64,000 nt of DNA, taken from an uncultured delta proteobacterium (GTDB lineage: Bacteria > Myxococcota_A > Polyangia > Fen-1088). The notes beneath the pieces are model-generated. The model was not told the origin of the DNA and made no database searches. It saw only the letters and a program-made list of their open reading frames with translations. The stretch spans positions 832,001 to 896,000 of the forward strand of contig CAVTRY010000011.1 of assembly GCA_963737265.1 (NCBI GenBank), given 5' to 3'. A program made the translations under genes and the position numbers. Of the stretch, positions 13,092-22,521 are shown piece by piece (within the stretch, counting starts at the first letter, position 1; the number at the start of each line of letters is the position of its first letter).

Positions 13092-13906
13092 GCCGGCGCG
13101 CTCCCCGCTTGGCCAAATTGAATCGTGCCCGAGGCTTCCGCGAATTCCTTCAACACGGGATGGGGTCTGGCCATGATTTCCGCGCGCGTTCCATTGGCGA
13201 CGATGACCCCATCGTAGAGCATGGCGATGCGATCGGCGATGCGAAACGTCGACGCCATGTCGTGGGAAATCACGACCGAGGTGACGCCGAATTCATCCGC
13301 GGTCCGCCTGATCATTTGGTCGACATTCTTGGTGGCAATGGGGTCAAGCCCGGTGGTGGGCTCATCGTAGAGCAGAATCTCCGGCCGGTCGATGAGTGCG
13401 CGCGCAAGTCCCACGCGCTTTCGCATACCACCAGAAAGCTCGGCGGGGAACTTCTGTTCGATGCCCGCCGTCTTGGCCAGGTCCAGCCGCACGAGCAAGG
13501 CACGCACGCGATCCAGGACTTCCTGTTTGGGCAGGCGATAACGCTCGAGCAGTGGAAAGGCGATGTTCTCCACCACGTTTTGCGAATCGAAGAGCGCGGC
13601 GTACTGAAAGACCATGCCGAATTTGCGCTGAATTTTCGCGATGGCCACGTCGCCCAAACCAACGATGTCTTCGCCGTCGACGTAGATATGGCCGCTGTCG
13701 GGCGCCAGCAGTCCCATGAGGTGCTTCATGAGCACCGACTTGCCCTGCCCCGAGCCGCCGATGATGATGTTGATCTTGCCGCGCTCGATATCCAAATTCA
13801 CGCCGCCGAGCACGTGCTGCGTCCCAAAGGACTTGTGTAGATCCCGGATCTGAATCTGCCAGCGTTCGTCCCGCTTTGCCTCGCGCTTTGAAATCTCGTC
13901 AGCCAT
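13088..13906 (-). CDS. mlaF: MlaF-type ABC ATPase
   Basis: GGSGQGKS, FQYAALFDS, LSGGMRKRVGLARA, YDEPTTGLDP. Confidence 0.9.
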   Translation of the reverse strand: MADEISKREAKRDERWQIQIRDLHKSFGTQHVLGGVNLDIERGKINIIIGGSGQGKSVLMKHLMGLLAPDSGHIYVDGEDIVGLGDVAIAKIQRKFGMVFQYAALFDSQNVVENIAFPLLERYRLPKQEVLDRVRALLVRLDLAKTAGIEQKFPAELSGGMRKRVGLARALIDRPEILLYDEPTTGLDPIATKNVDQMIRRTADEFGVTSVVISHDMASTFRIADRIAMLYDGVIVANGTRAEIMARPHPVLKEFAEASGTIQFGQAGSAPA

Positions 13907-14770
13907 CTAGGAACCGTAGGGAAAGAGGACGTTCATGATTTGGATTAGGAAGTAGTCCAGAACCAGCACGGTAACCGAGGTCGAGACCACCGCCCGCGTG
14001 GTCGCCAGCCCGACCTCCTTGGCGCCGCCGCGCACGCCGAGGCCCTGATAGCAAGCGCACGTCGCCATGGTCAGGCCGAAGAAGAATGCCTTGATCAGTC
14101 CCTCGATGTAATCGATTGGATCGACGCCCTGACGAAAAAGAGCCAGCACCTGGCCCAGATCGATCTGGTAGGAAATGATAGCCACCACATAGACCCCTAT
14201 CAGACCAACGACGTTGAACACCATGCACATGACCGGCAACATCAAGGCCGAAGCGACCAAACGCGGCGTGACCAGATATTGCACTGGATTCACGGCGAAC
14301 GTCGTGAGCGCATCCACCTGTTCGGTGATACGCATGGAAGCAAGCTCCGTCGCCATGCCCGAGCCGGCGCGAGCCGTGATCATGAGCGCGGTGAACACCG
14401 GGGCCAACTCGCGCGCCAGCGAAATGCCGACGCCAAAACCCACGTAGCGCTGCTGCTCGAAAAGCGAAAGGGCGAGAATCGCCTGCAGGGACGTGACCGC
14501 CCCAGTGAAGAAACCGACCAGCATGATGATCGGCAGCGAGCCCACGCCCACGAACTCCATCTGCTCGAGAAACAGCCGCAGGCGGAAGGGTCTCCGCAAA
14601 AGCCACGCGAGGGCGCGACCGAGCAGAATGATGTGCGCACCAAACACCGTGACGGCGTTGGGGACGGGCGAAAATATGCGGCCCACCGCCGCGAGGGGAT
14701 GAAACTTGCTGGCGGGCGGGGGTGGCGGAACGACCGCTTCCGTCGAGGGCGTCGCGGATGGCTTCGTCAT
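13907..14770 (-). CDS. mlaE: MlaE-type ABC permease
   Basis: RELAPVFTALMITARAGS..ATELASMRITEQVDAL, GGAKEVGLATT. Confidence 0.92.
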   Translation of the reverse strand: MTKPSATPSTEAVVPPPPPASKFHPLAAVGRIFSPVPNAVTVFGAHIILLGRALAWLLRRPFRLRLFLEQMEFVGVGSLPIIMLVGFFTGAVTSLQAILALSLFEQQRYVGFGVGISLARELAPVFTALMITARAGSGMATELASMRITEQVDALTTFAVNPVQYLVTPRLVASALMLPVMCMVFNVVGLIGVYVVAIISYQIDLGQVLALFRQGVDPIDYIEGLIKAFFFGLTMATCACYQGLGVRGGAKEVGLATTRAVVSTSVTVLVLDYFLIQIMNVLFPYGS

Positions 14771-14949
14771 CGGGCGATCACCACCACGAGAACCATCTCA
14801 CCCACGGCGGCTCGGTCGATATCGGTGACGTCGACCATGACTCGAGTGCGCGGGCGCATAACGGGTTCAAGACCCGCTCGTTCTGCATGGGGAATGGGCT
14901 GTCGCTTCAAAACTCGGCGGATTCTCACGCCGGCTTGGTATAGCGTCAA
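14767..14949 (-). pseudogene. alr: Probable internally deleted relic of alanine racemase
   Basis: LEPVMRPRTRV joined to MVDVTDIDRAAVGEMVLV resembles two normally separated Alr C-domain segments; stop overlaps the mlaE start. Confidence 0.45.
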
Positions 14950-15004
14950 TTTCGGGCGGACGTAACTGCTACTTCACTGGCTTCGCCTCGACTTCAACTC
15001 GACT

Positions 15005-15763
15005 TCAAGAAATTCCGGCTGACCTGGCGATTTCGAAAAATCGTGGAGCGAGCGTCAGCTTGCGGCCATCCAAAGACAGAACCTGTTGGCGCGCCAAATC
15101 CGCGACGATGCGCGAAACCGTCTCGCGGCAGGCACCAATACGGCTAGCCAGATCTTGCTGGGTGGGCGAACGAGGTATCACGGTGCCCTCGGCGACCGCC
15201 TGTCCTTCGTCGTGCGCCAGGTTGAAAAGCAAGCGATAGAGGCGGCTTTCAACATCCGAAGTCGCCAGCCCGGAGGCTAGCAGCTTGACCCGATTCAAGC
15301 GTCTTTCCAGGTCGCGGATCAGGGTGAGCGCGGCGTGTGGAGTCCTGTTCAATAGAGTCAGAAATTCATCACGCGGAATGAACAGCAGGAGACTGGTTTC
15401 CGCGGCCACCAGGCCATCGCCAGGCAGGGTCCCAACGGGGAAGAGAACCGCGTCGGCAATCAGATCCCCGGCGCGAAACGTCTCCAGGGTCAGCTCTCGG
15501 GCGTTGTCGGTCCGCCGCACGGCGCGGATACATCCCTTGACCACCAGCACGGCTGCCCCAAGCCAGCGACCCTCGCTAGGGAGGACCTGTTGCCGCACGC
15601 TAAATGAGCGCAGCGACGCGCTCGGCGACAACGACTCGAGTGCGTTCGGGGGAAATCCGGCAAACCAAGCGGAGCTTTGCAACGCACTTAGCGCTGGGTA
15701 AAAACTGACTTCGTGATGCGTTGCGATCGGAGTGTCTATGCGCAGAGGAGAGGTGGCATTCAT
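15005..15763 (-). CDS. Crp/Fnr family transcriptional regulator
   Basis: cNMP-binding-like N-region, DVESRLYRLL helix, HTH PTQQDLASRIGACRETVSR; SD AGGAGG before ATG 15763. Confidence 0.9.
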   Translation of the reverse strand: MNATSPLRIDTPIATHHEVSFYPALSALQSSAWFAGFPPNALESLSPSASLRSFSVRQQVLPSEGRWLGAAVLVVKGCIRAVRRTDNARELTLETFRAGDLIADAVLFPVGTLPGDGLVAAETSLLLFIPRDEFLTLLNRTPHAALTLIRDLERRLNRVKLLASGLATSDVESRLYRLLFNLAHDEGQAVAEGTVIPRSPTQQDLASRIGACRETVSRIVADLARQQVLSLDGRKLTLAPRFFEIARSAGIS

Positions 15764-15791
15764 GAGATCCTCCTGAATGAACCTCTTCTCA

Positions 15792-15807
15792 AGCAACCTT
15801 GGTGCCA
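15792..15807 (-). promoter_or_regulatory. Sigma54 -24/-12 promoter of the Crp/Fnr gene
   Basis: Minus strand reads TGGCAC-caagg-TTGCT, an exact match to TGGCAC-N5-TTGC, 28 bp before the start codon. Confidence 0.75.
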
Positions 15808-15856
15808 ACGCAAAGGCGCGAAATTACGCCAAAACCATCAGAAGATGCACAGCGAC

Positions 15857-15885
15857 CGCGACATAGTTGGCAGAGTCATGTCGCG
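15857..15885. promoter_or_regulatory. Inverted repeat, candidate activator (enhancer) site
   Basis: CGCGACAT-N13-ATGTCGCG, about 50-80 bp upstream of the sigma54 box. Confidence 0.45.
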
Positions 15886-16015
15886 TTTGAGACCGGGGCC
15901 ACGCTCCACCTCACGGCATTCGGGCAGAAGTCGAAACGCCATGCGCCACTCGGGCGAACGTCAGCCCGGCGCACCTGCTGCCAAATCAGGACATCGTCAG
16001 CTACGCAGGTGTCAG

Positions 16016-16089
16016 TGCGCCCGACATGACTCGAACATGTAACCCCCGGCTTCGTAGGCCGGTGCTCTATCCAGTTGAGCTACGGGCGC
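16016..16089 (-). tRNA. tRNA-Arg(ACG), CCA not encoded
   Basis: GCGCCCG acceptor stem, D-loop CTCAACTGGATAGAG, anticodon arm CCGGC-CTACGAA-GCCGG, T-loop TTCGAGT. Confidence 0.95.
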
Positions 16090-16224
16090 AAACCCTCGGA
16101 CTTAGGGCGCATGTATGCCGTGCCGCTGGGGCACAAGTCAAGATCTGCGCGCGGAAAAACGCAAAAGCAGCCCGGCAGCGCCAGCGCCCTTTTGGTCCGG
16201 CTCGCGCTGCCCCATTCGCGGGGG

Positions 16225-17985
16225 CTATCGCCTGCGGCGGCGCCCGACGAACCACGCCATGCCGACGAAGGCAAGAACATAGGACATCGGCGCTGAGGTT
16301 GATCGCGTTCCGAGGTTACACTTGCAGCCTAGGGAAGCGTCGCCTGCTTGAGACGGGCCGGCGTCGCCGACGGTGCCGCTCACCCCACCCGTGGACCCTC
16401 CTGAGGCTCCGATTGTCCCAGCCGTACCTTTCATCCCTCCCGCACTGGTCGCGCCACCTTCAACCGCGGCACCGCCGACCTCTCCGCCACCAATGCTCGC
16501 TACGCTTCCACCGCTACCCGCCATCGCGCCGCCAACGCTCGTCGATCCACCCCTGCCACCGCCGCCGCCGCTGCTCTGGACACCGCCCAAAGGCTTGGCA
16601 TCAGCGCCGTTACCGGCGTCCTTGTTGCTTGTACTTGTCGCTCCACCTGAAGCCTGGGCTCCGCCCGTCCCCGAGGTTCCGCCGGATCCCGTGGCACCGC
16701 CGGAACCGCCTGGTGGTGTCGAGGTGTCACCATAGAAACTAACCGGCCCGGTGTCGCCAGCGTTGACGGCCCATGAGCGTCGATCCCATGCAACCAGGGC
16801 GAGCAAGTGCGACGCGTACAGGCCCTGACCATCGTCGCTGGTGTCGGGCTCGGTCCATTTGGCCCCTGGAATTAGCACCGAGCTCACCGTGGCGTCGTCA
16901 TGGTCAGCGATTCCGAGCGCGGCGGCGCACGCCATCTTTGCGAAGAAGTTGCCGCCCGTCAGACCGGCCTGGAGAGCGGCCTTGTATTGTGTCTTGTCGG
17001 CTGCTGCTCCGATGACGTAGAGAGCGGCCTTGGCGATGGTGCCGAGGTCGCCGCCCGCGGTGACCTTGCTTTCGATGAAGGTGCGTGCGGTTGCATCCTC
17101 ACCCATGTAGCCGAGCATGAACAGGGCAAAACCGGCAAAACCGAGGTCGGCGTCGTTCACACCGCATTGCAGACGGGCGCGAAAGACGGCGGCGCGCGCA
17201 CCAAGCCCGGACTTGCGAGCGGCCAGCTCGCCGGCCGTCCACAAGTGCATATAGTCGTACTTTGTTCCCGAGCCTGATGTCGGCGTCTTGGTTGGGCAGG
17301 TGGTCGCGGTGGTGCTTGAACAATTGGTCGGGACGACCGCGTCACTACCCGTGTTCCAGGACGCGCGGCCCGCGCAATAGAGCTGCAGCAATTTGTCGAG
17401 CCCTGAAGCCTCGTTCTCGAAGTCCGCGATTGCGGAGTATTGAAGGGATCGTCCTTGCGCCAGGTCGCCGCCACAGCCTGGGTTGGCAGGGTTGTCCAAG
17501 CCGGGCGGCGGCGTCGTCGCCGGGATGAGTGTTCCCGCAGCCGTTTTCACCATGACTGCATTCGCGCCTTTGGTGGGATAGCAGTTGCTTTCGCCGCTAT
17601 TTCCAAACGAAACCAGAAAGCTGATGTCTTGAATGCTGACAGAGCCGCCACCAGCTTTCGCCACTGCCAAGTTGTACGTGGCCTTCTCACCGGGCAGGAG
17701 GGTACCGGGTGTCTTTTGGGTCTGGCGGGTGGCGGTCACCACGGTGCTACCGATCTTGGCCGTCAGAACGAAGTTGGGCAGCAGATAGCCCATGTTGTTC
17801 TGAACATAGACGGTCATGGTGGCCGTCCCGGAGGCCGGAACCGTCACGGTGTCGCTCGCCGGTCGGACTACGATGTTGTAGCTTGAGGCCCAAAGGTCAT
17901 CACACCAGTGAGCCTCAGCCTGAGCCGAGATGAGGAGGAGCGAAAGCGCTGCCCCGTAAAAAACGCTGCCCTTGCATAGAAGCAT
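16225..17985 (-). CDS. Secreted Cys-rich surface protein with Ig-like domain, Gly/Ser/Thr linker and MYXO-CTERM-like sorting signal
   Basis: Signal peptide ending AQAEA; C-terminal GCKCNLG...hydrophobic helix...RRRRR; SD AAGGGAG before ATG 17985. Confidence 0.8.
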   Translation of the reverse strand: MLLCKGSVFYGAALSLLLISAQAEAHWCDDLWASSYNIVVRPASDTVTVPASGTATMTVYVQNNMGYLLPNFVLTAKIGSTVVTATRQTQKTPGTLLPGEKATYNLAVAKAGGGSVSIQDISFLVSFGNSGESNCYPTKGANAVMVKTAAGTLIPATTPPPGLDNPANPGCGGDLAQGRSLQYSAIADFENEASGLDKLLQLYCAGRASWNTGSDAVVPTNCSSTTATTCPTKTPTSGSGTKYDYMHLWTAGELAARKSGLGARAAVFRARLQCGVNDADLGFAGFALFMLGYMGEDATARTFIESKVTAGGDLGTIAKAALYVIGAAADKTQYKAALQAGLTGGNFFAKMACAAALGIADHDDATVSSVLIPGAKWTEPDTSDDGQGLYASHLLALVAWDRRSWAVNAGDTGPVSFYGDTSTPPGGSGGATGSGGTSGTGGAQASGGATSTSNKDAGNGADAKPLGGVQSSGGGGGRGGSTSVGGAMAGSGGSVASIGGGEVGGAAVEGGATSAGGMKGTAGTIGASGGSTGGVSGTVGDAGPSQAGDASLGCKCNLGTRSTSAPMSYVLAFVGMAWFVGRRRRR

Positions 17986-18146
17986 GTGATCGTCTCCCTT
18001 GTTCGGCCGCGAACCGGCGCCATGATAGAAATCAAGACAAAGGTCAAGAGACTCGGAACCAGAACTACAGAGCGTTCCGAAGCCGTGCGGTATCTTCCAA
18101 GTTAGTGGTAGCTCGACCGAGTCTACCTTAAAAAGGTTTCCCATCA

Positions 18147-19235
18147 ATGTATAAACGGTCCATAATTCTTCAATTCGCCTTCGTGCTTGCGAGCGTCTGC
18201 CCACACTGGCGCACCTTTGCCTCGGGCGCGGACGCCGGGCTGGTCGAGGCTCGACCTGCGAGCACCGCGCTTCATCAGGCGGCTCGGCAAGGAAACACCT
18301 CGGAGGTTAGACGGCGCCTGGACGCTGGCGAGGAAGTCGATGTTCGCGACACTTGGGCGATGACTCCGCTGCACTACGCTGCCAGCCAAGGACGCCTGGA
18401 GGCCGCCAGCCTGCTGCTCGACCGCGGTGCCGATCCAAACGCGCGCGCCGGGGTGGGCATGACACCGCTTCACTTTGCCGCCATGTTGGGCCACGCGGAA
18501 ATGGCTGGGCTGCTGCTGCGGCGGGGCTCCCGAGTCGACGCTCGCACGAGATCAGGCATGACGGCCTTGCACCTGGCGGCAGACGACAAAGTGGTGGATG
18601 TGCTTGCGGCGGCCGGCGGCGACGTAAACGCTCTGTCCGACGGGGGACTGACGCCTCTTCACACAACCCGTCAGGGGATTGTGGCGCGCGCTCTCATCAG
18701 CCACAAAGCCGACCTGAGAATTCGAGATCCTCGGGGGCGTACCGCGATGGACCTGGCGGGCATCGAAACCCTGGAGCGTGTCGGTTTGTCCATCCACAGC
18801 GTCATGCTGGGAAGACTGCGCGGAATCGTAGGACAGATGCCCGTAACCCTGACCAACGTCTCCAGCCAGCCAATTCGAGCAGTGGCCCTGACGGCGCGCA
18901 GCCCGGCTTGCAACATCGAAGCCGAGCCACCTGTGATTGCCGAGCTGTTGCCGGGCCAAGACGAGAGAATTCTCCTGACCCTGACCCGCACGCCTTCTGT
19001 GCCCGAGGGGGAGTATCCAGTGTTCATCGCCATCAGTGCGGCGGGCAAGAAACTGGGCGATGTGGATCTCAAGGTCGACACTACGATGTCCGTGACGCTG
19101 GAGGATCGAGGGATGATCCGCCTGGCCAAGGGACAAATGCGCCCCGCACCGTCGCGCTGGTCCTACGTCGTCTACGCGATTGTTCCGCTGCTCGTGGTAG
19201 GCGCGTGGTTCTTCCTGCGCCGGCGTGCTGCCTAA
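18147..19235 (+). CDS. Exported ankyrin-repeat protein with Ig-like domain and C-terminal TM anchor
   Basis: Repeated TPLHxAA/TALH motifs; N-terminal hydrophobic signal; C-terminal TM plus RRR. Confidence 0.85.
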   Translation: MYKRSIILQFAFVLASVCPHWRTFASGADAGLVEARPASTALHQAARQGNTSEVRRRLDAGEEVDVRDTWAMTPLHYAASQGRLEAASLLLDRGADPNARAGVGMTPLHFAAMLGHAEMAGLLLRRGSRVDARTRSGMTALHLAADDKVVDVLAAAGGDVNALSDGGLTPLHTTRQGIVARALISHKADLRIRDPRGRTAMDLAGIETLERVGLSIHSVMLGRLRGIVGQMPVTLTNVSSQPIRAVALTARSPACNIEAEPPVIAELLPGQDERILLTLTRTPSVPEGEYPVFIAISAAGKKLGDVDLKVDTTMSVTLEDRGMIRLAKGQMRPAPSRWSYVVYAIVPLLVVGAWFFLRRRAA

Positions 19236-19236
19236 T

Positions 19237-20679
19237 TCAAGCCCGTACGCGAAGGCGCCTTCGTTCTCGCTGGGTGAGAAAAACGGCCAGGCCAGCGAAG
19301 GGGACGAGAACCATCGGGAATGACAGCCAGAACCACAAATTCGAGCGTAGCTCCGGCGCCGCGCGCTCGTCGGCGTCGAGGGGAAGTGCGCGCAAGGTTC
19401 CGTCGTAGCTACCGACGAAGGCCATCCATCGTCCGCGGATCCGGCCCGCCACCGGCGACGACCAATTGCTGTCGTCCATCCCGCCCACATTCCAAATCGG
19501 CCGGCCGGTGAAGGCGGTGAAGATGGGCGCGCCGCTGGCGAGGGCATTCACGTGCAGCATGTGGTCCCACGCCATGCTCAGCACCATGGGCTCGCGGCCC
19601 TGGGCGATCACGGCCACGGACGAAAAGACTCCGCCGCGAGCGGTATCGCGCCAGGCCAGCGCACCGTCGGTGGCGCCGAGGGCGTAGAGCTTTCTGTCAT
19701 AGGAGCCGACAAAGGCCCGTGGCTTGTCTCCGTCCAAAATCGCCGGCGATCCCGTGATCCGATCCCCGGTCCGAAATTGCCAGCGCTCGGTCCCAGTTAG
19801 GGCATCGAGCCCGCGAAGGGTTCCAAATTTCGAGCCGGTTACGAGCATTGGCCCCTGGCTGGTGGCCAGAAACGCTGGCGGGCTTCGCACGCAATCGAGC
19901 TCTGCCTTCTTCCACAGGACTTTGCCGTCGCTGGCGGAAAGAGCGTAGATGTTGCCGCTCGACGAACCGAGGAAGAGCATGCCCTTCCCCGCCACACGCG
20001 CGAAGATGGCGGCTGTCAGCTCGCCTTCGCCCAAATCGGAGCGCCAAACGGGATGGCCATCGTCGACTGCGAGCGCCACCACGCCGCTGCGTTGCATGCT
20101 GTTAGCCAGCGAGCGATCCCAGATCCAATAGGGCACGAAGACAGCGTCGTCCCGTTCGCCGGTTCCGCCTACGCAGGGAGCGGCCAGGCGCGCGCCGCCG
20201 AGCGTCGGCCGAAAATCCTCGACCGCGTGGACCCAAACCTGGCGCCCCAACACGGGATCGATGGCGTAGACAATTCGATCATTCGACGCCGCGAAAAGGA
20301 TCTGGCGTGCGCCGTCCTGGAAAAACACGGGCGCCGCGAACACCGGCCCGCCCGTGGTGAGCTTCCACAGCTCTTCGCCGGTGGCGGCGTTCAGGCAGTA
20401 GATCGTGTGATCGTAGTTGCCGGCTACGACGATGGGCTTGTCGCCCGCAACCCCGAGCGCCGGCGACGACCAGATAGTCAGCCCGGGCTCATAGCCCCAG
20501 ACGCGGCCGCTGCCGTCGAAGCTCCAGGCGCGAGGAGGCGTGTCCTGCCCTGCCACGAGCTCGATAGCCGCGCGGTTCTGGGCATCACAACGGCTCTGCG
20601 ACCAGACGTTACACTCTGTGGCATACGACGTCCCCGAAACCAGGAAGGCCGCGCTAAACGCCAGCGCGCGCAAACTCAT
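19237..20679 (-). CDS. PQQ-like/BamB-like beta-propeller protein with signal peptide and C-terminal TM anchor
   Basis: Repeated YALxAxxGxxxW blades, SSP motifs. Confidence 0.82.
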   Translation of the reverse strand: MSLRALAFSAAFLVSGTSYATECNVWSQSRCDAQNRAAIELVAGQDTPPRAWSFDGSGRVWGYEPGLTIWSSPALGVAGDKPIVVAGNYDHTIYCLNAATGEELWKLTTGGPVFAAPVFFQDGARQILFAASNDRIVYAIDPVLGRQVWVHAVEDFRPTLGGARLAAPCVGGTGERDDAVFVPYWIWDRSLANSMQRSGVVALAVDDGHPVWRSDLGEGELTAAIFARVAGKGMLFLGSSSGNIYALSASDGKVLWKKAELDCVRSPPAFLATSQGPMLVTGSKFGTLRGLDALTGTERWQFRTGDRITGSPAILDGDKPRAFVGSYDRKLYALGATDGALAWRDTARGGVFSSVAVIAQGREPMVLSMAWDHMLHVNALASGAPIFTAFTGRPIWNVGGMDDSNWSSPVAGRIRGRWMAFVGSYDGTLRALPLDADERAAPELRSNLWFWLSFPMVLVPFAGLAVFLTQRERRRLRVRA

Positions 20680-21728
20680 GCCGCCGGTCTCGCGGCCACT
20701 TTCGCGCTACCCGACTCCGCCTCGCGCTTCCCGCCCAACTGCCAGACATCCACGATTTTCAAAGCTGAGTTGGCGCAATGGTCGACGCACGCGTGGCAGA
20801 ATTGGCAATGGGCGACGCGAATCACGCCCTTGTCGATGGCGGCCACGTCGCACTTCGTGTCACATACCCCGCACTGATTGCAGCGGCCAGGCTCGAGGAG
20901 AATGCGCAAGCGGGAAAAGCGGTGGATGAATCCCATGAGGTAGCCCCACGGGCAAAGATAGCGGCACCACGAGCGCAGCACAAAAAGGCCTCCCACCAGA
21001 ACGACCAAGGTCGTAAGCGCGGACGCCGGATCGTCGCGCGCCGTGAATGCGAAGTGTACCGGCGAGGTCACGACCATGTGCGAGACCGCGGTGAGAAAAA
21101 TCGCCCCCAAACTGAACAGCCGAAGCTTCCGGCTGGGAACGTCGTCGACAATGCCCGACAGGACGAAGTAACAGATGAGAATCAGCATCGCGGCCCAGTG
21201 CAGGCTGGAATCCTCGACGAAAAGCTTCTTCTTCACGCCAAGCCAAACCAACAAGCTTACGAAGCCCAGGCAGACCGTGGCCAGCCCGATGAGCTCGCCG
21301 CGCGACAAGCCGCCCACACGACGAGGCAGACGCTTGCGTATCCACCCCGACACATCCTGCAGGCTACCGGTGGGACAGATCCAGCCGCAGAAGACCGGCC
21401 CGTGCAGCAAGGTCACGGCAATGATGACGATGGGTAGCGCCAGCCAATAGAATGACTCGCCATAGGCCGAGCCCACCAGGGTCAAACCGTACAGCCCGTT
21501 GCGAATCATGCCGAAGACGCCGAGGCACGAATACACGACACAGTAGAACACCAGAAAAGAAGCCAATTGCACCATTCGGCGTATCCACTGGCGGTGGCGA
21601 GTTACGTTGCTTATCACAACGACGACGAGAAATAGAAAAAGCAACGAAGCCATCTCCACGCTTGTGCCGTCGAGGGACAGAAACGGAACGTTGAAGATCT
21701 TGCCGAGCGGGCTGCGTTCTGGCTGCAT
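20676..21728 (-). CDS. NapH/MauN-like membrane 4Fe-4S protein
   Basis: FCGWICPTG and WCRYLCPWG motifs, two CxxCxxCxxxC clusters, multiple TM helices. Confidence 0.85.
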   Translation of the reverse strand: MQPERSPLGKIFNVPFLSLDGTSVEMASLLFLFLVVVVISNVTRHRQWIRRMVQLASFLVFYCVVYSCLGVFGMIRNGLYGLTLVGSAYGESFYWLALPIVIIAVTLLHGPVFCGWICPTGSLQDVSGWIRKRLPRRVGGLSRGELIGLATVCLGFVSLLVWLGVKKKLFVEDSSLHWAAMLILICYFVLSGIVDDVPSRKLRLFSLGAIFLTAVSHMVVTSPVHFAFTARDDPASALTTLVVLVGGLFVLRSWCRYLCPWGYLMGFIHRFSRLRILLEPGRCNQCGVCDTKCDVAAIDKGVIRVAHCQFCHACVDHCANSALKIVDVWQLGGKREAESGSAKVAARPAA

Positions 21729-21735
21729 GGGCTCC

Positions 21736-22521
21736 CTAGTTTGACTCGGCGCTGGTGCACTCGCCCGGTTTTTCGGCGCATGCCTGAGCACACGATGGAA
21801 GATTGGCGACGACTTCCAGGGGCAAACCAAGAAAACGCGCGACGAATGGGCAGCGGGGCTTGCCCTGCACCTCGACCGCTGGCCCACGCTGCACGATGCG
21901 CCCTCCCAGCATGACGGCAATGTGATCGCCGAGCGCGGCAGCTTCTTCCCGACTGTGCGTCACGTGCAACGTGGTCAGGCCCAATTCCTTGTGAACGCGC
22001 GCCAGCTCAACCTGCAATTCCAGCCGCGTATTGTGGTCGAGGGCGCTCATGGGCTCGTCGAGCAGCAACAAGTCCGGTCGGATTGCTAGGGCTCGCGCAA
22101 TAGCGACCCGCTGCGCTTCGCCGCCGCTGAGGGTAGCAACGGGTCGATCCACGACCGACTGTAATCCCAGGCGTTCGACCAAATCGTCCACCGTGCGCTG
22201 TACCTCGTCGCGCGGGATCTTGCGGGCGTCCAGGCCGTAGGCAATGTTGCCCCGAACGGATTTATGTGGAAAAAGCGCCGATTGCTGAAATACCAGTCCC
22301 ATATTGCGACGCTCCGGCGGCGTGGCGCGCAAATCGCGATTGGCGACCAGTATCTGTCCTTCCTCGGGCGTGAAGAAACCGGCGATGGTCTGTAGCAGCA
22401 CGGATTTGCCGCAGCCGCTGGGCCCGAGAATGACCCAGTACTCGCCCTTTTCAATCCGCAACGATAAGTCGCGAAGCGCAAACGAACCGAAGCGGCAATA
22501 CAGGTGTGAAAGTTCGATCAT
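21736..22521 (-). CDS. wtpC: Tungstate/molybdate-type ABC ATPase (WtpC/ModC-like); no TOBE domain, Cys-rich tail
   Basis: GPSGCGKS, LSGGEAQRVAIARA, LLDEP; operon with wtpA/wtpB-like genes. Confidence 0.8.
   Translation of the reverse strand: MIELSHLYCRFGSFALRDLSLRIEKGEYWVILGPSGCGKSVLLQTIAGFFTPEEGQILVANRDLRATPPERRNMGLVFQQSALFPHKSVRGNIAYGLDARKIPRDEVQRTVDDLVERLGLQSVVDRPVATLSGGEAQRVAIARALAIRPDLLLLDEPMSALDHNTRLELQVELARVHKELGLTTLHVTHSREEAAALGDHIAVMLGGRIVQRGPAVEVQGKPRCPFVARFLGLPLEVVANLPSCAQACAEKPGECTSAESN

Noticed and set aside
16016-16225. tRNA-Arg as insertion site of the DUF362/Wtp cluster
   Set aside because: The cluster lies on the tRNA's 5' side, and no integrase or duplicated tRNA fragment was seen.
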